NCBI RefSeq assembly: GCF_009914755.1
Contig: NC_060925.1
Source of the DNA: the human T2T-CHM13v2.0 reference genome, Homo sapiens
Reading direction: 5' to 3' (one strand)
DNA length: 64,000 nt
Numbering within the stretch: the stretch's first letter is position 1; every line of letters starts with the position of its first letter. Of this stretch, positions 28,494-42,345 are shown piece after piece. Both the position numbers and the translations under genes were made by a program. Below the pieces are notes generated by a model. That model did no database searches and was not told the DNA's origin. It saw nothing but the letters and a program-made list of their open reading frames with translations.

Positions 28494-31149
28494 TATATTC
28501 ACATATTTCATTTGGTTGTCATAAGTAGCAAATGATAAATAAATATAGAAAATCCTTTGAAAAAGTTAAAAATGCTCAACAAAATGTAAATTATTCTCAA
28601 ATTTTTATTTATAAAATTTCTGAGTGCAAAGCTAGAACAGGAGGGTACACTATGGTGTCTCAGCGAATGCTTAGCTTTAGGACAGCATTATAAAAGTTTT
28701 CATTTTTTCATGTCTCAGGTGCAAAACTTTAATAATAATAAAAAAAATTTCTTTAGAAAGTATACTGAGACCTCTGCTCTCCACATCAGTCTTGGGGTTA
28801 TTAAATGATCATTATTACTATTACTTAGTATCTAGCTGACACTAACATGCGTGCAATCTACAGAACAAATGAAAGGTATTATCCTGGAGCAAAGTAATTT
28901 TTTATGATCAATAGTCTATCATTAGTATAATGTTTATTTTATGCATTCACAGACTTTTTATCACCTCAATTGTGGTTTATAAATATTAACCTATTGATCT
29001 TTGCTGCTCTTCCATCTGCTACAGAAGTTTCTGATAAACATCATCACTTCCTTCTTTTTATAGGTGAAGGACAAGAAATAAAGGAAATCTCTAGTTATTT
29101 GATGACTGGACATGGTTGTAGAAAGATTCAGAATCCAAGGTTGTCTAACCACATAAATTCCTCAAGCTTCCCTAGAGGCTAACATTCTAGCCTACCCATA
29201 AAATCTGAACTGATATGTTTCCTTTTAAATTAAAATGTAGAATGAATACAATAACACCATATACATAATTTACCCAGCATTGTGACTTGTGACTTACATA
29301 TGCTTTTTAAATTATCAAATAACATACTGAAAATTCAGTACTTGGTTTGTTTCACAAAAATCTACTGCCATTTATTTTCTTTTCCATTTTCTTTTTCAAG
29401 TTTTGGCAGCAGAAATTTGTTAAGCAAGAGTTCTTGAATTCTTCCCAAGAAATGTGTCTTTTCTTTCTTTTGGGAGTCCGTTACACCAAATACCAATATG
29501 ATTTCATTTAGGTAGTGAAGATCAGCTCTTTGGACAACCAAAATAATATACCCATAAAAATTATAAAAGAATACATTTAAAGGAGTCTAAGAAATCCATT
29601 ACTTTTCTTAAACTTTTTTTTTTACTCAGTTTATATAGGTTTCCTGATGGGAAGCTTTATTTAGTCCATTATATCTTTAATTCATTTTGCTAAAGTAAAC
29701 TCGATACAAGACTGGGGCCTAGGATGAGCATTAGAGTTACATTTAATGAAAATTTAAAACACAAAAGCACTTCAATTATTCATCTTTCCTGATTTATGTG
29801 GAAAAATGGGTGCACATATGTGTGTTCCTTTGATAGGGTTCATATTAATAGTGAGCTTTTAAAAATATGGTCCTTAGTAACTTCAACAAATGTCCTTTTA
29901 CCAGCTTATCTTGAGCAAAACAGAGACTTCCAAATCAAACTTCTATTTCATCTATTTCTTTCTTTATTACTGAAATGAATAAAGTAATTTTGCATGGAAA
30001 CGTAAATGCTTATCAAAATTGGAAAGTAGCAAGTGCAACAATAAAACCATTTGTTAGAAGCTTCATATGTTATTATATTTTATTATTACGACTGGAGTGA
30101 TACATTTGTCTTTTCATAGGGAGTTACATGAACTTCTTAAGCTGCAAACCCAGACATAAGTCATGTGTGTGCAAGGCAAAGGAGCAAAAATTATGTCCAG
30201 TTAAATCCACAGGCATTTGTTTATGCAAAGAAGCTTTAGAAATGGAAACCAAGAGCCCCCATTTTCCCACTTGCAACACAGAAAAGACTCTCAGTAACAG
30301 GTTTGACAAATCCACATTTAGTTCCATATGGTCATTTATCCTCCCTATGTCTTTGAAAGTAAAATACTGTGAAGGCGGCATTTGAGTTTTTGGTGACAAA
30401 TTACTTTTCTCAGTAGAGTCAAAGGCTGTGGCCATCTGCAATAAAATAGATGAGCCACAGCTGGCTTTCATAATAATCAATCCCGATTGTAGAAGGATCA
30501 TGGCACTTCTGGATTGATTGTGAGGACCTGCCATGACAAACAATACTGACCAATTCAGTCATGTTGACAACCAGTTATTTCTCATATTTAGATACAGACT
30601 CTACCTCATATCATCAGAAGGAAGGAAGGGGAGAGTTGAAAATTATCCGATATATTTGGACAATAGTAGAAAACTCTGAAAATTCAGAAAATCCTTAAAC
30701 TAGATTTGGAGATCTAAATCACTTACATATGTCAATACTGACTGAGACTACATCTATATTATATCAGTAAAACAGGAAATCTGTTTACTAGGAATTTTTA
30801 TCATTGCCTCCTCTACCTACACATACATCCTAAAGGAAACTGCCTTTCCACAACTCCTGCTATGTGAACTGTGGACCACTTGATTCCAGATTTCCTCTTA
30901 CTTTCCCCCAGGTGTAACTCTTTCTGCCAGGGATGGATACCTGATGAAAAGGCAGTCACTCCATGGACATGGTAGTGGCTTAGGACTTGTGGTGTAACCC
31001 CCAAAAACATCCTTCTTTGGGAATTTGGAATTGAGCAACTAAATTACTGAGTTAGTTAGCTATAGAGAACTAAGCCTAAAAGTTATATAATTTTCATGGC
31101 TGGGTAAGCCATTATAGACCAAACATGAGTGGCATAAAAGAAAAAACAA

Positions 31150-31380
31150 CAATGGCTAACATATGGTGAATACTTACTCAACGTCAAACTATCCACTATG
31201 TATTTTAAATGTCATGTCATTAACAGTGTTGGTAGATACTGTTATTATTCAGATAAAATTGATGAAAAAAATCTGAAATTTGGAAAGATAAATTAAATTC
31301 CCCCCATCATATAGATGTGAAATGAAGACAGAACTGAAGCTCAATTCTGCTGGACTCCTCTTGACTACTTAGCTATAAAA
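31150..31380 (-). mobile_element. MIR SINE, diverged
   Basis: 'atggctaacatatggtgaatacttact...ggtagatactgttattatt...ctgaagctcaattctgctggactcc'. Confidence 0.6.
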
Positions 31381-32090
31381 CTGGGAATCTATTGCGGGAA
31401 TTGGAGGAGAGAGAAAAAGACAGAGAAGCAGATAGAAATAGAGATGACCTTGCCTCATCATGTATGCAGCCCTAAGCACATAGCCTTCTCTCCTTAAAGC
31501 TTCTGAGCTACAGTTCCCATAGGTCTAAATATTCAATAATCTCTGTCCTCGGGGTCTCATGAGCTCCCACAGTGTCTCCAGGTTGGTGTAGAGTACACAA
31601 TACTGTCTGTGGTTAGAGCTATTGAGATAACTAAAGCAAAGGTAATATTTATCTTCATTTCTTCATGCATTTCTTTAAATGTTCTATAATTCACTTTGAT
31701 TTCAGAGATTTGATGTTAGTATTGCGTTTTTCTGGGTATGGGATATATAAACATCTAGTAACTATGAGTAAATATGAAATTCATTTTTTTCAGCCAATTT
31801 CCTAATTTTAAATTTGTAAGGACCATCCAAGAAAAAAACAAAAAATATGTATTTATTTATTATTACTGGCCGTGATATTTGAATATGCGTGTGCTTCTTC
31901 CCTCTAGAATCACTTCATATTCTGAGATTAAAATCTGTTTCAAATAATTAAGTCGCTAATGGCTTCAGCCCATTATAATGCCTCAATCTCATAAACAAAA
32001 CCCTGGATGGCAAAGCTGGCCCTCTGCCCCACTCTTCCAGCAGCTAGGTAAACAATTATTCAAAAAATGAGGTGTTGTGGGATTTATACC

Positions 32091-32448
32091 GGTATTAGTC
32101 CATTTTTGCACTGCTGATAAAGACATACCAGAGACTGGGCAATTTACAAAAGAAAGAGGTTTAATGGACTTACAGTTCAGTTCCACATGGGTGGGGAGGA
32201 CTCACAATCATGGTGGAAGGTAAAAGGCACGTGTCACGTGGCAGCAAACAAGAGCATTTGTGCAGGGAGACTCCCATTTTTAAAACCATCAGATCTCATG
32301 AGACTTATTCACTATCATGAGAACGGCACAAGAAAGACCCGCCCCCATGATTCAATTACCTCCCACCAGGTTCCTCCCATGACACGTGGGAATTGTGAGA
32401 GTCACATTCAAGGTGAGGTTTGGGTGGGGACACAGCCAAACCATGTCA
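32091..32448 (-). mobile_element. THE1 (THE1B-like) solo MaLR LTR
   Basis: 'tattagtccatttttgcactgctgataaagacatacc...gggtggggacacagccaaaccatgtca'; 5-bp TSD atacc at 32086-32090 and 32449-32453. Confidence 0.95.
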
Positions 32449-33581
32449 ATACCCAACATTCTCTTCTAAAAACCCAAATAGAAGTGGAAAAGATGAAGAA
32501 GGCCTGGATGATTCAGATAGCCCCACATTTCTGAACAATGCTACTTTCTTATGTAGAAGTGACATTCAAAGGATAATAAAAATTCTATATTATCTTGCAG
32601 CTTACATTATTTGTGCATTTCAGTGCCCTGATTTTCTTTGTCCTAGGCTTTGTGTAAAGCTGGCAGTTTAACTCCATTGCCAAGTTTGGCAAATTCAAAC
32701 TTCAACTGTCCACAGTCCTGATTCTCCAGTGGCCCCATCCCTAGGCATGTGGCTCAGTCTGGACAGGGCCTCCATGTTGTTTGGGCATCCATCAGCATTG
32801 GTTTGTTCCATGTTCCAAAAGCAGACAGTACAATCAGTTTTTTCTTTTTCAGAGAGTCAACTACTGCTATGTTTGGCAGTAGTTAACTGTTTAAGCAAAG
32901 CTAGGATACTGGAACAGCAATTTAAGATGTATAATGAGGCACAGAAATAGCTCCTTCGCATTTTCCATTACTTTCATAATGCTTCACCAACATTCTCCCT
33001 AAAATTGTTTCTCTTTGTTTTTAAAGGGAGGTGGGAATAAAAGGTTATTTATTGCAAAAATATAAAGGCTTCTTTATTCTCTTTGATATTGTTCACAAAT
33101 TCTGTGTCATTGCAGACAAATTGTTGAAAAGATCTGCAGATAATCTTGTCTGAATTGCCTTAAACTCATTCCACTGTATTTTTCCCTTAGAATAATGCCC
33201 TCACTCTAATGGAATTTCAAATATATTAGCAGATATTGCCATTGATATTTCTTCATGTTAAATAACTATTACATCTATGTGTTGCATTTGTATAAATAAA
33301 ATATATGAACACCATTACAATATATATACATTTATATTTCACAGGATTCTACTCATTTCTATGGGATATTTTTAAGGATTAATGATCTTTTTTGCATTTC
33401 TTTGAGTTGTGGGGCTTTTGCCATGCCATAAAAAAGGCCTACCTTTTTAATGTGATGCAAATATAATATATAAATTATGCATTTAATATATGTGCAGTGG
33501 ATTATTAAGTATGACATTCTCTTTTCTTCTAGAGTTTTGTTCAGTGGCCCAAAGGCTAAGATTAGCAGATGCTAGAACATC

Positions 33582-34507
33582 TATGCAGGATATTTTAAAA
33601 TGGTTTAGTGACTATACCTTGAGGGCAGATATAAGTAAGTCAAGAGATTTATAGGGAAAGGATTTCTTTGAAGATTGTTGCAGATGGGCCAAATGAAGGA
33701 AGCTCTCAATAGCTATCCAAAACACCTGGCATGTTTCTTCTCGAGATTGAGAACAGGCTTGAGGAAAAGTCTAAAAGGAAGAGGTTGGCTTAGCGGAGCA
33801 GGAAGAGTAGTAGTGCCTTCGGAGAGGGATGGCTGCTCTTCCACCGAAGAAGTGGGGGAAATGGGTGGGTGTAGGGCAAGAATAAAGACATGTTCTTCTG
33901 GGCCAAGTAGACCCACAGAGGAAAGCTGGTCTTGAGTCAATTTAAGGACCTAAAGGGAAATCCAGAGAGAAAGTACCACTGTATGCAGAAGCTAATGAGG
34001 CATTTTAGGCATTCAGTCAGAGCTAAGGAATAACCCAGTAGGAAACCCTCAGATGGAGCATTTCTGAAGAATCTACAAAAGTTCTCTGTGAAATAGTTAA
34101 TACGTGGGCATCTGCCACACCAAGAGGGCACCTCTTTCAGTTTACAGTGGCACCTGAAGAGCCAGGACAGAATGCTGCTGGGGAAGCAAACAAGAGGTAG
34201 AATGGTAAGACAGAGAAAGCATGAAGAAGCCAGCCATAACCCTTTCCACATTGCCATTGACTCAGCCGAGTCAGCCCCAAACTGGTGGTTCAGAAGAAGG
34301 TTTAAGATAGAGCAGTAAATGAAACTTTGAGAGCATGCTAAATTAGACTTTAAAACCTGGAAAATAATTGTGTTATTTAAAGAGAGTGACCTGGAATATA
34401 AGGAGATATATCCAAGAGTTTGTACAGTGGGAGGGAAAAGCAATTCAAAAGAGGCTATTTAAAAGAAAATTGAGGAAAAGAATAAAATTGTGACTTAAAA
34501 CCCCACA
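33582..34507 (+). mobile_element. Possible ancient solo LTR (mammalian gypsy/LTR8x type)
   Basis: About 0.9 kb purine-rich block, AATAAA at 34481-34486, ends 'ccccaca'; family assignment from vague recollection only. Confidence 0.35.
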
Positions 34508-34724
34508 ATGTCCATCTTTTTCAGTGTAACATACATTGAAATATCTAATCAGGAAAAAAACCAAGGTACACTGGTAAAATACACACACACAAACACGAAC
34601 TCATATTTAAGAAAATGTGGCTATGGAAATAATACTGTATATTCACTTCAAATGTTTTCAGAAATATAAAATGTCTGATTGTGATAAATATAATAAAAAT
34701 AATACAGAGTAACAGAGCTTGAGA

Positions 34725-35097
34725 GTGATGAAGGCATATTGCTATCAGGGACAGCGTCTATAACAAGGCACCATTTTGGTAGACACTTGGCAAAACTGAT
34801 GGAATGTATGTTCAGTTTGGAGGAAGATTATTCCAGGCAGAGGATGCAAGAAGCAGAGAAGCCTGAGACCAGGACATGTTGATTGCATTCAAGAAGCAGT
34901 GAGGAGGCCAAGGGGCTGGAATGGCTTGAAGCCGAAAAGGGTAGTAAGAGGTATGATCAGAGAAGTGCCAGTCCAAGTAGGGCCTCCAAGGCAATGGAAG
35001 AGCCTTACATTCTACTCTGGGAGATACGGGAGGGCACTGAAGGGTTGTAAGCAGAAGAGTAGCATGACCTAAAGTATATGCCTAAAGGCTCACTCTC
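34725..35097 (-). mobile_element. L2 fragment
   Basis: 'attccaggcagaggatgcaag...gaggaggccaaggggctggaatg...aagcagaagagtagcatgacc'. Confidence 0.8.
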
Positions 35098-36599
35098 TCA
35101 TGTTTTTTATTTGTTTGTTTTGTTGTGTTTTAATTACTGTGTCTATTTTCGGTTCGAGCAGGGCAGGCATGCACTTTGCAGTTGGCCATGGTTCACTATG
35201 CTGGCTCCATTGTCTGATACCAGGCCTGCTTCACTCTTGCACTTTGCTTTCTTGGCTTCTGATGGCACTTGAATTTACAAATTTTTATTCCAGGCTCTTA
35301 CAGTTTCTGTCTCTTGCCACACAACAGGAAAACCCTCTTAAAATATAAGCTCAAGCTGCCACCTTCACATTTCCTTTTTTCTTTTGATGCACAGGTCTTC
35401 CTGGACATTGCCTTGTTCACGTTCTGAATTATGAAGCAGTTCTAAAACTTCCAAGTTTTCTGGGGCTTACTATACCTTTCAAAATAGGTTAGACCTAAGA
35501 AACTAGATGCTGCAGAGTTCTTGAGCTTGTTGCCAACTAAAGACCACATTGGTTGTGAAGATCTTTTTAATTTCTCCTGAAGAAGAGCCAGGCTGTACTG
35601 GAAGAGTACTCATGGCTAGGCCAGATCAACCCTAGAGAATGAGGAGCCCAGCCACAACATGTCATAAAATGTACTCTTTGGCTCCAAAGCGTATTGTTAT
35701 AGAAATAGAATCAGTTGAAAATTCACTTCCAAGACAGACTTGAAGAGGGAAAGAAATCTCTGAGGAGCAGCCTAAATATGTTTAGAAGTGGAAAGAAAAT
35801 AGCATCTCTTTGTTCTATTAATAGTGGCATTGTGAGGGTTAAGTTACAAGTGGGAGAAAAGGACATTGGGTTTCTTTTCCTTATAACATCTCCTCCCTTC
35901 AGTTGCCCCCTTGAGTACCAAGCATGGCGGGAGAGTTTAAAACTATCACTACCAAACACAAGACCTACTACATACCCCCATTTAACACTGCACAGAAGAT
36001 CAAGTATGTCATATCTGGGCAGATAGTTTACTCTCTTAAGGAATTCCCAGCCCCCAATCAACAGTACTCCAGAATTGAGCTCAGAGACTATAACACTCCC
36101 CAAGCACATTTAATTATTATTTGCTCTGTTTAATATGCATTACCAGTTAGATTTATTAAACATGTACTATGTGTCAAGCACTTTGGGCCCTGAGTATTAG
36201 GCCTTGAGTATAATGAGATTAATAAGAACTATTTTGTCCTTGATGAATGCACTTTCCAGTAGAGTAGACAAAACTATAAATAGATAAATGGTGTTGTCAT
36301 CTATTAAGTGTTATTACTGAGGTAAAAACAAAGTGTGAATACACAGGGGACACTATCATGTAGAAGGGAGAGGGTCATATGCAGAACTGAGCATCTTGCT
36401 TTTTGTCACTTTACATTTTAACTTGTACTAGAATCCAGAAGAAAATTGTATGTATAACAAATCACATAAGTTTATAAAGGTAAGATGGTAGAAGGGCTTC
36501 AATAACAATTTTAAGACCTTGAACTGCATGCTGTAGCAGTGGGAATCCACTGAGTGTGTTTAAGCAGGGAGGGTACTTCATTATAACCACATTTCTTCA

Positions 36600-37670
36600 T
36601 TTATATTGCTAGGCCAGGCTGCTCTAAGCACCTGATTCCCATATCCAACCACTTACGTTCCTTACATCTCCCCTTGGAGGTACCATGAGTCTCACAAGCA
36701 TAACGTGTACAAAATTTCTCATTTCCTTCCAATCTAGTTCTTCGCCTATCCTTTCCCATCTCTGAAAGTTATATCATTTACCCATTGCTAAAGCCAGAAA
36801 CTTAGAAGTCATTCTTGAGTCTTTCTTTTTCCTCATGGCCCATCACCATGTCCTTTTATTTTTCTACCTTCTACCACTCCTGTTTGTTTCCCTTACTACC
36901 CCGCTTTGTACTCCATCTTTCTGATGGTGGTGACCTCCTCGTTGGTTTCCCCACTCTCACTAGTGCCTCGGTCCAGGCCATCCTCCACAATAGCTGAGAG
37001 CAATCTAAAAACGGAAACGCGACAAAGTTGTGGCACCCTACACCTGCCCCATCCTGGAGCAATATGCAAACCCCTCTACAGTCTTTATATTCTATTTAGA
37101 ACAAAGGTCAGAATCTTTACTGTGCCTCTGGATGCTTGAGTGCTCCCACAGTCTTGCCTCTCCAACTACACTTCCTGCCATTTCCTTCCTCCCTCTCTAA
37201 GTTCCAACCTCAACCCTCTTTTTGTTCCTAAGTATGCCAAATATTTTCCCATACCAAGGATCACACATGATGTTTCCCCTTCCTGCAATGTTCTCTTCCT
37301 CATACCTCATACGGTGACTTTTTCTTACTCTTCTGTTTTCTGCTTAAATCTTAAATCTTCCTTGGCCACTCTGTATGCTCTCCAGCCCCCAACTCATTTA
37401 TATCAGAGTACTCAAGTTGAATTCATCATAAAACATATTGCAGACTATAATTAAATAGATGGTAATGATAGATAGATGATAGATAGATAGATAGATGATA
37501 GATAGATAGATACATACGTAGATACATAGATATGCAGACAGATGGCTGTTTTCCATTTTAATGCCTGCATCCCCTATTAGACCATTTCACTGCAACCTCC
37601 CTGGTGTTTGTTTTGTCCATTGTATTTTCAAAATCAAAGTGCTCAATACAGTTTTATTGAATGATGTATA
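36600..37670 (+). mobile_element. L2 3' portion
   Basis: 'aagccagaaacttagaagtcattcttgagtc', 'ccatcctccacaatagctgagag', terminus 'gtgctcaatacagttttattgaatga'. Confidence 0.75.
37466..37535. repeat. (GATA)n tetranucleotide microsatellite
   Basis: Directly visible. Confidence 0.95.
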
Positions 37671-38736
37671 CTTTTCTCTTTTTGTCACAACATTTCCTTG
37701 AAATTATGTAACAAATTTGCATATATTTCCAAGTCATTTTACTTAAAAGTCTAAAATCCTCCTGCCCAGACCACTTTCTACTAGGTGAGAAAAGCGTGGA
37801 AGAGACATTTCAACCACTTTTTTTCACTACAAAGCACTAAGAGAACAATACTGCAGGAAATTTTTTAATGCTATAATGTGTTTTTTAATTCTCATTGAAT
37901 TCCTCATATTCTCATGTATGACCAATTTCCAGATTTACTGAAATTTTTATTTAAATGCTTATCCATTTATTACATTTTGTCATCAAACTGAAGCATATAG
38001 TTAAGTCTGCTTTTCTGTAGTATGTGTCTTGAGAAAATAAAAAAAAAATTCACTTGAACTTTGTTTTAATACATAAACTAGTGTAGGTAACTTTTATTGC
38101 AAGTACACATAAACATTTTATGTTATTTCACTCCCAGCTTCTAGCCAAAACATTAAAAAAAAAAAAAAAAAGGCGGTGGCGGGGGGGGGGGTTTCTTGCA
38201 ATCTTTGCAGAATTCCAAGCCTTAGTCAAAAAAGAAAGTCCCAAGAATCTTTTCAGAAATCCTGTTTGGGCACTATTCCCAGCATAATTTTGCAAACCAA
38301 GATGTTTGGGCAGTGCTGGTATGCCAGGGATAAGAAGTTGAGGATTTTTATCTGAATCTAACCCAAACTCCAGCCCTAATTAAAATACCACAACATTGTA
38401 AACTCCTTTACTATGTTAGACTTTAGTTGAACTAATTCCACTTCTGGAATACAGCTTCTCATTTATGTTCCTGCTGATTGCTTATAATTTTATTTCAGCT
38501 CTCCTCTTGCTTTTCAAAGGATAGAAGTATTGTCCCAGTTTTTGTTGCTATGCAGACATCTCTGAAGTTGCATACTAAAGCCAAATAGCCTGGATATGGT
38601 GACAGGAGCTTCTGAAGCTTTCTGTTTTATCCATTTTCCTTTTCTGATGACTGAGCATGGTGCAAAAGATGCCTTATAATGCTTTATTTATATAGTCTCA
38701 TCTATTTTGGAGAAATAAGTACATATATATGCATAT

Positions 38737-38772
38737 TATCTATCTATCTATCTATCATCTATCTATCTACCT
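38737..38772. repeat. (TCTA)n microsatellite
   Basis: Directly visible. Confidence 0.9.
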
Positions 38773-39409
38773 ATATACTCATTTTAATTGCCAAATACAT
38801 TTGATGTTGGGCTTTTAGTCCCCTATACAGAAAGCATGAACTGTAAAGGTTAGTACAAACTCTGTGTGTTTATACTCCACACATATATGTAATGGAGGCT
38901 TAGAAGCTATCAATCTCTAAGCATATGCCCTACATTCTTTGAAATCCCATCAAAGAAAATCAGCAAAGGACACAGGTTCTCTGTCCCTCATCCCAAGACC
39001 ACTTTACATGCGTATCCACCTTTTCATCCTTTTCCCTTCGAACCTTCTAAAAAGCCCCTAAATTTCAAGTTGCATTACCTGTTGCTAGGGCTGCTGCTAT
39101 TCCCTCATTACTATTTCACTCAGAGTTCTAGAGCCTAGCATGAAGTCAAATGTAAAGTGACAAGTTAAAACCAAGGGGCTTCAAAGTACAAATTGTATAT
39201 GATCCTCTTGCCATAACAGAATAGTGACATTGTCCTGTAAAATTAGAACATCTGTGCTCTTTTACTCCAGAGAATTAGCAGCATGAGTTCGATTCAGTCG
39301 TTAACAGGAATTCTAGAGAGATTTGGAACTGTTTCTCAGAAGAAGTAGAGAAAGTCAACAGTTTCCAGATTCTCCATATAAATAATTTCCTTACATTGTA
39401 AACATATTA

Positions 39410-40760
39410 TTTATTAAAATGAACAGTTATTCACTGGGCATCTATCCTAAATACTGCACATAAAGCAGTGAGGAAAAGTCAAAGATATCTCTCTCATGGA
39501 GCTCAGATTTTAGTTTGGAAGACACTAAACAAACAAATGAATAAATAGAACATATATGGGGTCAAAGATGATGAGGTTTGTAGAGAGAAGTAAGGCAGAG
39601 AAGATGGAGAGGACTGGGCAAAGGATGGAAATTAGTGGGCAATGGATGGAATTTTAATAGGGTGTTCAGGGAGGTCTTCACTACATGAAAGACATTTTTG
39701 GGGAAAATTCTGAAAGAGTCAGACAAGTAGAATATCCAAGGGAAGACCATGCTAGGCAGAAGGAACAATAAATACAAAGGCTCTGAGAAGGCAGTATACT
39801 TTGTGTGATGGAGGAACAGTAAGATCAGAGAGGCTCACATGCTGAGAGTAGGGAGAGGGCGCCATATGGTACCAGAGAGGTCAGATGTAGGGGCAGGGAG
39901 TCCAGGCATGGCCTTGTGAACCAATGTTAGGACTTCAGCGGTTATATTTTACTCTGAAAGAGATAAGAAAGCTTTGGAAGATGTGTTAGTTTCCTGGGGC
40001 TGCCATAACAGATTCTTATAAACTAAGTAGCTTAAAACCACAGAAATGTATTCTCCCATAGTTCTTCTGGAGGGCAGAAGTCCAAACTCACAGTGTTAGT
40101 AGATCCTTGCTCCCTCCGAGGGCTCTAAGGGAGAATTCCTCCTTACCTCAATTGTCTTCCCATGGCTCCAGGCATTTCTTGGCTTGGGACTATGTCACTC
40201 CAATATATTTGCCTCTGTGTTCTGGTGGCCTTCTCCTCAGTGTCACTGCATCCTCTCCTTCTGTATCTTATAAGGACACTTGTCACTGGATTTAGAGCCC
40301 ATCTGTATAATACAAGATGATCTCATATTAAGATCCTTAATTACATCTTCAAAGATTTTTTTTTTTCAAATAAGGTCACATTCACAGATTCCAGGGGTTA
40401 GAATATGAACATACCTTCTGGGGTGGTAGGGACAATTCAACTCACTACAGAGGGTTTTCAGCAGAGGAATGACAACATCTAACTTGTGGTTTAGCTGACT
40501 TTTTCTAGTTTCTGTGGTGGATGTAGAATACAGGGAAGCAGGAAGTCTTTCCTATCTCAGAGACCATAGGACATAAGGAGCTAATTCAGGTGAGTATGTG
40601 TTCTGTATCTGAAGAATAGTAGTGGGGATGGTGAAAAATGGCTGGATCCTAGATATATTTGTAGGTAAAAATGACAGAATTTGCAGAGGATTTTATGTGA
40701 GAAGTAAAAGTAGAATCAAGGGCAATTTCAAGGTGTTTGACTTGAATATCTGCAGTTATT
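39410..40760 (-). mobile_element. L2 fragment split by MLT1C
   Basis: 'ctctcatggagctcagattttagt', 'gcagaaggaacaataaatacaaaggctctgag', resumes after the LTR with 'gagggttttcagcagaggaatgac'. Confidence 0.8.
39982..40449 (-). mobile_element. MaLR LTR (MLT1C-like)
   Basis: 'tgtgttagtttcctggggctgccataaca...aaataaggtcacattcacagattccaggggttag...attcaactcactaca'. Confidence 0.9.
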
Positions 40761-40970
40761 TCTGATGTATATGGTAGGAATACCTTCTTTCCTATAAAGC
40801 TTTTACATCACTGAGGTCAAGGTCATTAGCTAGCTGCCACTCTGGCTCCATCCATCTCAGGTTGAATGTCATTTCCTTCTGGTAAACTTCCCTGACATCA
40901 ATAGATTGGATTAACATATCTCTGTGCTCTGTGCCCTGAGTTTATTCCTATCATAGCTCTTTTTGTCATT

Positions 40971-41445
40971 TGTGTTAGTCTGCTTTTGTCGAAGCCCCCA
41001 AAAGTTAGTGACTTAAAACCAAACCAAACCAGAAAATAAAAAAACAAAAAACATGTATTTAGTTCATGATTTTGCAGATTGATGACAGGTTTTGACTGGC
41101 CACTAGGCTAGACAAGCTCACGCATCTGCAATTTGCTAGGGGGTCAGCAGGAACTGAATAATTTATGATGCCCTAACCTGAGATTTCTGAGATGACTGGG
41201 TTCTTTCACCATATTGTCTCTCATCCTCCACAGGCTGGCCTGGGATTGTTTACGTAGCAGCCAAAGCATTCCAAGGGAGTGAGCAGAGGCTACAAGATCC
41301 CTGGAAGACAGGTACAGTTTAACTTCTGTCAACTTCTTTTGGTCAAAGTAAGTCACAAAACCAGTCCAGAATCAAGAGATGAGAAAATAGACTCCACTCA
41401 TCTATAGAAGTTACCAATTATTGTTGCAGGTTTTGCAATCTAGGA
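40971..41445 (-). mobile_element. MaLR LTR (MLT1G/H-like) within an L2 3' end
   Basis: 'ggtcaaagtaagtcacaaaaccagtccagaatcaag...aaatagactccact'. Confidence 0.75.
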
Positions 41446-41959
41446 TATCATTTAATATAGTTACTTATTCCTTGCTAGCTAATAAACCCCACAAGGAAAG
41501 GAAACAAGTCTCTCTGTTCACCACTGTATCCCTAGACAGTAGACATTGAATACATATTTACTAAAGAAATAAATGAATGAAAGAATGACTGAAAGAATTG
41601 ATTGGAAGAGAAATGAAAATACAGCTCAGTCAGCAAATGCCATGATCTCTTGGTCTTCCTCCATTCTCTTAACATACGCATCAGAATCCTTATACACTTA
41701 GTATCTGTAACCTGTATTTGCATGTGGGGCAAACTATTGCTTCGAATCAAAGATCAGAATTAGGATGGGTGCATGCAAGAAATTGTCAAAATAAGCATTA
41801 TTTTTTAAATTTTTTAAACATTATAAATATTTGGGATAACTTTTTAAGGGTGTTGGATTCTTACTTACTTAACCTGGAACAACAAATTATTGCGGTTTTC
41901 CTTGGAATAGTTGTATCTGTATACACAAGTTAATAATATACTTACTTCTTGAGTGATAG

Positions 41960-42345
<386 letters not shown>

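Noticed and set aside
30124-30543. 139-aa minus-strand ORF over the enhancer-like block
   Set aside because: No recognisable domain and no splice context; the sequence looks regulatory rather than codon-structured.
33937-34443. Longest ORF (168 aa, hydrophobic)
   Set aside because: Antisense frame of a purine-rich LTR-like block; Leu/Phe/Ser bias is expected from base composition, and it starts at a non-ATG codon.
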